NCBI GenBank assembly: GCA_963593515.1
Contig: CAVBAZ010000171.1
Location: 1 to 46,017, forward strand
Direction of reading: 5' to 3'
From: Bacteroidaceae bacterium
GTDB lineage: Bacteria > Bacillota > Clostridia > Oscillospirales > Oscillospiraceae
DNA: 46,017 bases
The translations under genes were made by a program, and so were the position numbers. Below, piece after piece: positions 38,572-46,017 of the stretch (positions are counted from its first letter, which is position 1; each line of letters opens with the position of its first letter). The notes below the pieces were generated by a model that was not told the DNA's origin, ran no database searches, and saw only the letters and a program-made list of their open reading frames with translations.

Positions 38572-40092
38572 ATGAAAAAGTTTCTTGCACTGGTGCTGGC
38601 TCTGGCCATGGCACTGAGTCTGGTCGCCTGCGGCGGCAACGGCGGCAATAACGCCTCTGCCGGCGATGGCACCAGCCTGACCATCGCAGTCGATCAGGAC
38701 TACGAGACCCTGCATCCCGTGAACACCAGCCTGAACGTTGAGACCAACCTGGTCAACCAGATCTACGACTATCTGGCCATCGACAACCCCGACGATCCCA
38801 CCGGCGACATGATCCCCCGCATCGCCGAGCGCTGGGAGGTCAGCGAGGACGGCCTGTGCTACACCTTCTATCTGCGCAAGGGCATCAAGTTCCACGACGG
38901 CTCTGAGCTGACCGCTGACGATATCGGCTTCAGCCTGGATCTGTGCAAAGCCTCTGAGTATCAGGGCGCCATGGTGGACGGCATGGATCACTGGGAAGTG
39001 GTGGATCCCTACACCATCAATGTGTATACCGCCACCGTGTACGCCCCCTTCCTGCGCAGCGTGGTGGACGTGCCCATCGGCTGCAAGGCCTACTATGAGT
39101 CCGTGGACGAGAGCACCTTCGCCCAGCAGCCCGTCGGCTGCGGCCCCTACAAGTTCGTCAGCCACAATCAGGGCGATTCCTTCGTGCTGGAGGCCTTTGA
39201 GGACTACTACGGCGGCGCTCCCGCCATCAAGAACGTGACCTTCAAGGTCATTGCCGACGCGGCCTCCATGTCCATCGGTCTGCAGTCCGGCGGTATTGAC
39301 TTCGCCGAGGTGGACGCTTCCGTGCTGTCCACCCTGCAGAGCGCGGCCAATGTGGAGATCACCACCGCCGAGCAGACCGCTTTCTACTTCATCGCCATGA
39401 ACACCGAGAAGGAACCTTACAGCAATGTGAAGTTCCGTCAGGCCATCAACTACGCCATCGACCGCGAAGCCCTGGTCACCGCCGTACTGGAGGGTGAGGG
39501 CGAGGTCAACTCCAACCTGCTGACCCCCGACCGCGAGGGTTATTCCGACAGCCAGAAGCAGTACACCTATGATCCCGAGCAGGCCAAGGCCCTGCTGGCC
39601 GAGTGCGGCTATGCCGACGGCTACGATCTGGGCACCTTCATCGTGGCCGAGAGCTACAAGCTGCTGGCCCAGGTGATCCAGTCCGATCTGGCCAAGGTGG
39701 GCCTGACCTGCAATCTGGAGATCCTGGAGTTCAACGCCTATCTGGACAAGCTGATGGACGGCGACTTCGGCATGACCTGCCTGAACATGGCGCTGCAGGG
39801 CGACACCCAGCAGCTGTCTCTGGCGCTGACCAAGGATTACATCGGTATGGCCAACAACGCCCGCTGGTCTGATCCCAAGGTGGAGGAGCTGTTCCAGAAG
39901 GCCGTCGCCACCGTGGACGAGGCCGAGCGCGAGGCCGTGTACAACGAGCTGTTCTCCTATGTTCAGGAGCAGGCCGTGTACTGCGTCCTGTGCAACCCCA
40001 CGCTGCTGTTCGCCCACAAGACCGGTCTGGAGACCGGCACCATCGCGCTGGAGGGCGTGTACTATCTGCAGAACTTCCAGTGGAACGCCTGA
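38572..40092 (+). CDS. Peptide ABC substrate-binding lipoprotein (family 5)
   Basis: LVAC lipobox, YTFYLRKGIKFHDG, PVGCGPYK, RQAINYAIDR. Confidence 0.95.
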   Translation: MKKFLALVLALAMALSLVACGGNGGNNASAGDGTSLTIAVDQDYETLHPVNTSLNVETNLVNQIYDYLAIDNPDDPTGDMIPRIAERWEVSEDGLCYTFYLRKGIKFHDGSELTADDIGFSLDLCKASEYQGAMVDGMDHWEVVDPYTINVYTATVYAPFLRSVVDVPIGCKAYYESVDESTFAQQPVGCGPYKFVSHNQGDSFVLEAFEDYYGGAPAIKNVTFKVIADAASMSIGLQSGGIDFAEVDASVLSTLQSAANVEITTAEQTAFYFIAMNTEKEPYSNVKFRQAINYAIDREALVTAVLEGEGEVNSNLLTPDREGYSDSQKQYTYDPEQAKALLAECGYADGYDLGTFIVAESYKLLAQVIQSDLAKVGLTCNLEILEFNAYLDKLMDGDFGMTCLNMALQGDTQQLSLALTKDYIGMANNARWSDPKVEELFQKAVATVDEAEREAVYNELFSYVQEQAVYCVLCNPTLLFAHKTGLETGTIALEGVYYLQNFQWNA

Positions 40093-40129
40093 GCATGATC
40101 TGAGTCTTCTCAATTACCCCTCTCATAAA

Positions 40130-40164
40130 GAAAAGGAGGATGTCCGTCGGACATCCTCCTTTTC
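40130..40164. terminator. Bidirectional terminator
   Basis: AAAAGGAGGATGTCCG-T-CGGACATCCTCCTTTT. Confidence 0.88.
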
Positions 40165-40185
40165 TATCTATTTAATATGTGATCC

Positions 40186-41430
40186 TCAGCGGGCGGCCAT
40201 AAAGGCCTCGATCTCCTCCACGGTGCGGGGGATGGAAGCGGTCAGGTTCTCGCAGCCTGTCTCGGTGACAAGGCAGTTGTCCTCCAGCCGGAAGCCGATG
40301 CCCCACGGCTCGTAGTAAACACCCACGTCCACGCAGAACACCATGCCCGCCTCGGTGAGACGGCTGTAATCGATCACGTCGTGGACGTCGAAGCCGATAT
40401 GGTGGGCGCCGTCGTGCCACATGATCTTGCGGATATCCTTGAAGTCGTCGATGATCCCCAGCTCCTTCAGCTGGCCGAAGCAGTACTCGCGGGCCAGCTG
40501 GTCGATGGAGCGCATGGGCATGCCGGGCTTGATGATGGAGAACATATGCTCCGAGGTGTTGTAGATGCACTGGTACAGGGCCTTTTGCCGCTCAGTAAAT
40601 TTGCCGTTGGCGGGCCATGTGCGGGACACGTCGTTGCACTCGTAGTCCTGCCACGCGCCCACATCGTTCAGCACCATGTCGCCATCGGCCACAGTGCCGG
40701 TATAGTCGTAGTAATGGATGCAGAAATTATTCTGGCCGCTGCAAATAATGGACGGGAAGGCCGGGGTCAGCACACCCCGCTTGGCCAGCGCGTAGTCGAA
40801 CTCCGCCTTCAGCTCATACTCCCTCATACCGGGGCGGCAGGCGGTCATCATGGCTTCGATACCGGCGCGGGTGATGGGCACGGCGCGGCGCATGGCGTCG
40901 ATCTCGCAGGGCTTTTTGATGGTGCGCAGCGTCCGCATACGGGAGCGCAGGTCGCCCAGCCGCAGCCACGGCCACACAGCGGCGGCGCGGGCCGCAAACT
41001 GCCGTGCCTCATTGGGCTGCTCATCCAGAGACTCCCGGTCGAAGTCCAGCCACAGCCGGTCAAGGGTCTGGTCGGCGGCCAGCCGGTCGAAATCATCCTC
41101 AAAGCTTTCCACATACCGGCAGTCGGTGAAGCCATAGCGCTCCGGCACGTCCGCCGCGTGGATCCGGCGGCCGAACCACCGCTCCTGCATGGGATCCTCC
41201 TGCTGCAAATAGATGGCCTCCTCCACCGCGCCGCCGCGCTTGACCGCCAGATAGACGAGGTTCTCCTCCATGCCGGTCAGGTACAGGAAATTGCGGTTGG
41301 CAAAGAAGGGATAATAGGCATCGGCGCTCTGCCGGGGCGCGTGTCCGGCAAACACCACCGCGACGCTGTTCTCCGGCAGCGTCTCCAGCAGCTGGCGGCG
41401 GTTCTCTTCATAAAAGGTTTTGGGTAACAT
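40186..41430 (-). CDS. Xaa-Pro aminopeptidase (M24B, PepP-like)
   Basis: NRNFLYLTG, RTIKKPCEI, IHY, NDVG, DVSRTWP, HHIGFDVHD, FRLEDN. Confidence 0.92.
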   Translation of the reverse strand: MLPKTFYEENRRQLLETLPENSVAVVFAGHAPRQSADAYYPFFANRNFLYLTGMEENLVYLAVKRGGAVEEAIYLQQEDPMQERWFGRRIHAADVPERYGFTDCRYVESFEDDFDRLAADQTLDRLWLDFDRESLDEQPNEARQFAARAAAVWPWLRLGDLRSRMRTLRTIKKPCEIDAMRRAVPITRAGIEAMMTACRPGMREYELKAEFDYALAKRGVLTPAFPSIICSGQNNFCIHYYDYTGTVADGDMVLNDVGAWQDYECNDVSRTWPANGKFTERQKALYQCIYNTSEHMFSIIKPGMPMRSIDQLAREYCFGQLKELGIIDDFKDIRKIMWHDGAHHIGFDVHDVIDYSRLTEAGMVFCVDVGVYYEPWGIGFRLEDNCLVTETGCENLTASIPRTVEEIEAFMAAR

Positions 41431-41581
41431 ACAGCAGCCCTCCTGTTATCAATATCGTGGCGCACCTTGTACAGGTTCCGGCGTTATTATACCATTTCCG
41501 TTTCCGGAATGTCCAGCTGTCCCGGCGTGATTTTACAATATTTTTTGATAATTTGCAAAACAAGGAGCGCGGTTTCCATCG

Positions 41582-41667
41582 GATTTTCTAAAATCTGCTT
41601 GTGTGCCGGTAAGATATGATGATATTTTATAAAATCTGTTGATTTTTCATAGAATATTTGGTATGAT
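41582..41667. promoter_or_regulatory. gntR promoter with two palindromic candidate operators
   Basis: GATTTTCTAAAATC (41582-41595), ATTTTATAAAATCT (41624-41637); TTGATT, 17 bp, TG-n-TATGAT (41639-41667). Confidence 0.65.
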
Positions 41668-41705
41668 ATTTCTGAAAAGAAAAATGAAAAAGGAAGTATC
41701 TACTT

Positions 41706-42365
41706 ATGGCTGGACAAACCCTTTCCGAACAGATCTATGACGAGCTGTACCATGACATTACCGACCAGCGGCTGGTATGCGGCCAGAAGCTGACGCTGAA
41801 GGTGCTGAAGGACCGCTTCAATGTCAGCCACACCCCCATCCGCGAGGCGCTGATGCGTCTGGCGGAGAACGGACTGGTGACCTACTACTCCAACTGCGGC
41901 GTTACGGTGACGGAGTTTACCGAGGCGGACATCCGCCAGCTGTACCAGTTCATCGGTGAGCTGGACTCCATGGCTATTCTCTTCTGCCAGAACAATTTCA
42001 ATCAGGTGCCCCTGCTGATGGATCTGCAGGACGTGGTGGAGAGCGGCAGCAAGGCGCTGGCCGCAGGCGACCGGGCCGCGTGGAAGGAGCAGTCCGAGCA
42101 GTTCCATGTGGTGTTCTACCGCCACGCCCAGAACTGCTACCTCAACGAAGCCGCCGCCAAGCTGCGGGCACGGCTGGAGGTGCTGTCCTGCATGTACTAC
42201 TATCAGGATCAGAATGTGGAGCTGATCCATCAGGGACACGTTACCATGTATGAGCTGGTGAAGGCCGGTGAATTTCAGAAGGCGGCTGACGAGATGCGCC
42301 AGCATTTGCAGCGGGACATGGCCTTCGCCCTGAAGGCTTACGCCTACCAGACCCGCAATCACTGA
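41706..42365 (+). CDS. GntR/FadR-family regulator (FCD domain)
   Basis: LSEQIYDEL...FNVSHTPIREALMRL; C-terminal FH...H...M..H. Confidence 0.93.
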   Translation: MAGQTLSEQIYDELYHDITDQRLVCGQKLTLKVLKDRFNVSHTPIREALMRLAENGLVTYYSNCGVTVTEFTEADIRQLYQFIGELDSMAILFCQNNFNQVPLLMDLQDVVESGSKALAAGDRAAWKEQSEQFHVVFYRHAQNCYLNEAAAKLRARLEVLSCMYYYQDQNVELIHQGHVTMYELVKAGEFQKAADEMRQHLQRDMAFALKAYAYQTRNH

Positions 42366-42375
42366 GGAGGACATT

Positions 42376-43452
42376 ATGCTGCATTATGACCGGCTGAAAG
42401 CCGTTTTGAAGAACATGGAGCTGTGCGGCCTGCGGCAGGTGATCATCTCCGATCCCGGCGCCATGCAGTACCTGCTGGGGCAGAGCGTGGACGCCATGGA
42501 GCGCTGCGGCATCCTGCTGCTGCGGGAGGACGGCCAGCTTCACGCCTTTATGAACCTGCTGTTCTGCTTCCCTCCCGTGGAGGGCGTCACGCTGCACCAG
42601 TACCGGGACGGGCAGAACGTATACGAAATGATCGCGGCGCTGCTGCTGCCGGGCGCGGTGGGCATCGACCGCAGCTGGCCCAGCGGCCACACCATCGCGC
42701 TGATGGCCCAGCGCAGCGACATCCATCCCGTTCCCGGCTCCGACCCGGTGGACATGGCCATGGCCTGCAAGGACGCACGGGAGCAGCAGCTCCTGCTGGA
42801 GGCCGGTGCGGTCAACGACAAGGCCATTGCCTACGGCATCCGCCACATTGCCCCGGAACGCAGCGAGGCGGAGCTGGCTCAGATGATCGACGATTTCTTT
42901 ATTGCCAGCGGCGGCACGCAGGTGGGACAGTATCAGATCGTCTGCTACGGCCCCAACGCCGCCCAGCCCCACCATATGCCGGACGGCACGCTGCCCCGGC
43001 CCGGCGACGCGGTGCTGCTGGATCTGGTATGCCCCATCAATGGCTATTGGTGCGACATGACCCGCACGGTCTTTTACCGGCAGGTCAGCGACCGGCACCG
43101 GCACATCTATGAGGTAGTGCGGGAGGCCCAGCAGGCCGGTATCGACTTTGTCCGGCCCGGTGTCCGCATGTGTGACATCGACCACGCGGTGCGCTCCGTC
43201 ATCGAAGCCGCCGGATTCGACGATGCCTTCATCACCCGCACGGGCCACGGCATCGGCACCCATGTGCACGAGCCCCCTCAGGTCAGCAGCGACTGCACCG
43301 TTATCGCCCAGCCGGGCATGGTATTCTCCATTGAACCGGGTATCTACCTGCCCGGCGATACCGGCGTGCGGATCGAGGATCTGGTGCTGGTAACGGAGGA
43401 TGGCTGCCGGGTGCTGACCCACTATCCCAAGGAGCTGCAAGTCGTGGAATGA
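42376..43452 (+). CDS. Xaa-Pro dipeptidase/aminopeptidase (M24B, PepQ/YpdF-like)
   Basis: PHH, DL, DMTRT, GHGIG..VHE, FSIEPGIY, GVRIEDLV. Confidence 0.94.
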   Translation: MLHYDRLKAVLKNMELCGLRQVIISDPGAMQYLLGQSVDAMERCGILLLREDGQLHAFMNLLFCFPPVEGVTLHQYRDGQNVYEMIAALLLPGAVGIDRSWPSGHTIALMAQRSDIHPVPGSDPVDMAMACKDAREQQLLLEAGAVNDKAIAYGIRHIAPERSEAELAQMIDDFFIASGGTQVGQYQIVCYGPNAAQPHHMPDGTLPRPGDAVLLDLVCPINGYWCDMTRTVFYRQVSDRHRHIYEVVREAQQAGIDFVRPGVRMCDIDHAVRSVIEAAGFDDAFITRTGHGIGTHVHEPPQVSSDCTVIAQPGMVFSIEPGIYLPGDTGVRIEDLVLVTEDGCRVLTHYPKELQVVE

Positions 43453-43577
43453 CGGCAATAGGCAATATATAAAGTAAGAGACCGCTTTGCGGTCTCTTAC
43501 TTATCATAAATTCTGCAAAACAGGAAGGGGCTGCCGAAGGATCTCCCCTGTGACAGCTAAGACGAGGAGGGCAAAAC

Positions 43578-44432
43578 ATGAAAGAGCTATTGAAAAAATA
43601 CAGCATCATCACACTGGGCTGTGCGGTGTACGCCGTCGGCTTCTGCTGGTGCTTCGCCCCCGGTCACATGACCATCGGCGGGCTGACCGGCGTGGCACAG
43701 GTCATAAACGTCTTTCTTCCGAAGCTTCCGGTGGGTATCATGACACTGGTGATGAATGTACCGCTGTTTATTCTGGGCTGGAAGCTGCTGGGAAAAGACG
43801 TGCTGATCAGTTCGCTGTACGCCATGGCGGTAAGCTCCCTGATGATCGACGGTCTTAATGCCGTGTTTACCTTTTCGGCGCTGGAGCCGATACTGGCCGC
43901 CGTCTACGGCGGCATCCTCTGCGGCGCGGCCGTCGGCCTGATGCTGCGGCAGGGCGCGACTACCGGCGGCACGGAGCTGGCGGCCCGGCTGCTGAAGCTG
44001 AAGATCCAGCAGCTGCCCATCGGCAAGTTGTGTCTGGCCATCGACCTGATCGTCATTCTGGCATACTCGCTGACCTTCCGGCAGCTGACACAGGCCCTGT
44101 ACAGCATCGCCGCGCTGTATATCTGCACCACCGTGATGGACAAGGTGGTCTACGGCGGCAACGCGGCCAAGCTGGCCTACATCATCAGCCCCCGCCACGA
44201 GGAGATCACCCGCCAGCTGCTGGAGCTGGATCTGGGCGTGACGCTGCTGGACGGCACCGGTGCCTACTACCACAAATCGACCGAGGTGGTCATGTGTGCC
44301 TTCAGCCGGAACTACATTATTCCGGTGAAAAAGCTGGTGCAGAAAATCGACCCGGACGCCTTCATCATCGTATGCGACACCCACGAGATCCTGGGCGAGG
44401 GCTTCGGCACCTACGATCCCACCGGATTGTAA
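43578..44432 (+). CDS. YitT-family membrane protein
   Basis: GGLTG, NVPLF, ATTGGTE, GVT..G.GAY, IDPDAFII, EILGEGF. Confidence 0.93.
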   Translation: MKELLKKYSIITLGCAVYAVGFCWCFAPGHMTIGGLTGVAQVINVFLPKLPVGIMTLVMNVPLFILGWKLLGKDVLISSLYAMAVSSLMIDGLNAVFTFSALEPILAAVYGGILCGAAVGLMLRQGATTGGTELAARLLKLKIQQLPIGKLCLAIDLIVILAYSLTFRQLTQALYSIAALYICTTVMDKVVYGGNAAKLAYIISPRHEEITRQLLELDLGVTLLDGTGAYYHKSTEVVMCAFSRNYIIPVKKLVQKIDPDAFIIVCDTHEILGEGFGTYDPTGL

Positions 44433-44527
44433 AGCTACCGCCGCCATCGGGTGTGGCAGCAGCGATTTTGCCCGATAGCGTCCAGTTCCTCTGATTGTCA
44501 ACTAATCCCACACGCACTCGCAGTCGC

Positions 44528-45084
44528 TCCACAGCCTACAGGCGCCCACAGACCATGAAGAATGGGCACGAGTGGTGGAAGTATGTCTATGATGAATTCT
44601 ACGACTGCGTGATCTGCCCCGAATACCAGCCGCTGAAATACAGCACGACAAATCGTGACGGATACCGGGAATACAAGAGTGATCCGGAGAAATGCGCCAA
44701 CTGTCCGACCAGAGAGCGGTGCACTCGTTCCAAGGACTGTGTAAAGACCGTACAGTGGCATATCTGGAAGGACTATGAGGAGCTGGCGGACGATGCCAGA
44801 TATACGCCTGAGTACAGGGAGCTTTACAAGAAACGCAAAGAGACCATTGAACGGGTCTTTGCCGATGCCAAGGAAAAACACGCGATGCGTTATACGCAAT
44901 ACAGAGGCTTGACCCAGGTCACAAACTGGGTGAAGCTTAAGTTTGCTGCAATGAACTTGAAAAAGTTGGCCACATGGAAATGGAGAGATCTGTTACCTTC
45001 GTTTCGCTTTGCTATTTTTTTCGCTCATATATGTTCGAGCCCCTGTCTGTTCCTGATTACAGACTGGGTTCCTCGACAGACTGG
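44528..45084 (+). mobile_element. IS1182-family remnant (C-terminal transposase and right end)
   Basis: YVYDEFYDCVICP, YREYKSDP..C..CP...CT, YKKRKETIERVFADAKEKH..R; end ...CTCGACAGACTG abuts a hairpin; 5' part missing. Confidence 0.85.
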
Positions 45085-45147
45085 GGGAGGTTCATAGCAC
45101 CTCCCCTCTTACCATTTTTATGTGGTAGTTGATACCCTTGACCATAA

Positions 45148-45669
45148 TCAGAGCGCTTTCGCCATAACCGTATCACGCAGCGCTTGGTAAAAATCCGCAT
45201 ATGCCTCCGGCGTCAAAACACTTGGTGAGCTCATTACGACGAGGTCATGACCGGCATGGCCCTTGTGATAGGGCGGATGAGTGTGCGGATATGGATTTTC
45301 CACGAATCCGCAGCGCTCGTAGAAGCCTTTTCGCCGTTGAGATATCGCATCCGTTGGCGGATCGATCTCCAAAATCAACGGCTTATCCTGCAGGGCGGCG
45401 AGGATATTCTGCCCGTAGTGCTTGTTTCGCATGGCGGGCAGAATACAAAAGTGCTCAATATAAAAAGCGCTGCCCACGTCCCAATACAGGACTTCTCCAA
45501 TGAGATCGCTATCGTCACAAACAATATCAAAATGATACGCCGCGTTTCCGAGGATCTCGATCTGCGACGGTTCCTCGCGCTGTTCATGAAGCGGAAAACT
45601 GATTTTATATAGGTTGATCGCATCCGTATAGAGCGGATGCTCCGGTGTTGTGATACGTTCAAATTTCAT
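45148..45669 (-). CDS. GNAT-family acetyltransferase
   Basis: YIEHFCI...RNKHYG, LILEIDPP, RRKGFYERCGF; AGGAG RBS before ATG 45669. Confidence 0.9.
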   Translation of the reverse strand: MKFERITTPEHPLYTDAINLYKISFPLHEQREEPSQIEILGNAAYHFDIVCDDSDLIGEVLYWDVGSAFYIEHFCILPAMRNKHYGQNILAALQDKPLILEIDPPTDAISQRRKGFYERCGFVENPYPHTHPPYHKGHAGHDLVVMSSPSVLTPEAYADFYQALRDTVMAKAL

Positions 45670-45953
45670 TCTGCTTTTCTCCTGTGAAATGGGATTTGTA
45701 AACTGGGATGCGCCTTCGCGGAAGATTATCCGCCCCAAGTATAGCAAACTGCCTGTATATATGCAATGGAGTAAAAAAGGGGCCGATGCTCATTCAGCCT
45801 TCAAAATATCACGAACTGAAATAACCGCAAGAATGGTGCCGCAGCATCACGCACATAGGCGTAAACTTATATTATGCTTGGCGCTTTTCGCCGTTCGGCA
45901 TAGCAAATACTTTTCATTTGGAATTCGGATGCCGTCCATAGTGAAGGCGGTGC

Positions 45954-46012
45954 TAATACGCATTTAATACGCACGCAATACGCATTATTTCCGTAATACG
46001 CATTTAATACGG
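45954..46012. repeat. (T)AATACGCA direct repeats
   Basis: Copies at 45954, 45965, 45976, 45994, 46005 (11-bp period within groups). Confidence 0.85.
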
Positions 46013-46017
46013 AGATA

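Noticed and set aside
852..44501. Many long antisense ORFs (e.g. 852-2105, 5119-6561, 21497-22957, 35187-37154, 38542-40113)
   Set aside because: Shadow frames of real genes in GC-rich DNA; no RBS or motifs
45954..46012. Repeats as a CRISPR array
   Set aside because: Units too short, no unique spacers

Overview
GC-rich Firmicute (Clostridia) chromosome segment; gene content and codon style suggest an Oscillospiraceae-like gut organism (inference). (1) 1 to ~16,270: the right arm of a lower-GC integrative conjugative element inserted at the 3' end of rpsI. It carries VirD4, an S1-domain protein, a lipoprotein, a thioester/SpaA-type adhesin, DUF5348, an AraC/GyrI regulator and an NrdR-boxed nrdG-nrdD operon whose NrdD has a fused C-terminal glutaredoxin-like domain. 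The element appears broken by at least four deletion junctions (spaA/lepB, antitoxin/nucleotidyltransferase, and two around a VirB4-like remnant). No integrase, relaxase or intact VirB4 is visible in the window. (2) ~16,270-28,300: core genes (rpsI, rplM, TtcA family, bofA, yaaL-like, frameshifted tadA, spoIID, OmpR/histidine kinase/HtrA, LysR plus a small Zn-ribbon gene, pepT, eutH-like) with GTAG-type REP palindromes. (3) ~28,300-43,450: the most interesting block, a peptide-utilisation locus. It has a Dpp/Opp ABC importer, five peptidases (M20, M32, M42, two M24) and a GntR regulator, built around an AprA/AprB-like flavoprotein-ferredoxin pair of unknown substrate, with one palindrome shared by both divergent promoter regions. 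(4) Right end: YitT, an IS1182 remnant, a GNAT, and att-arm-like repeats at the window edge. All family calls are by eye from motifs; no searches were run.
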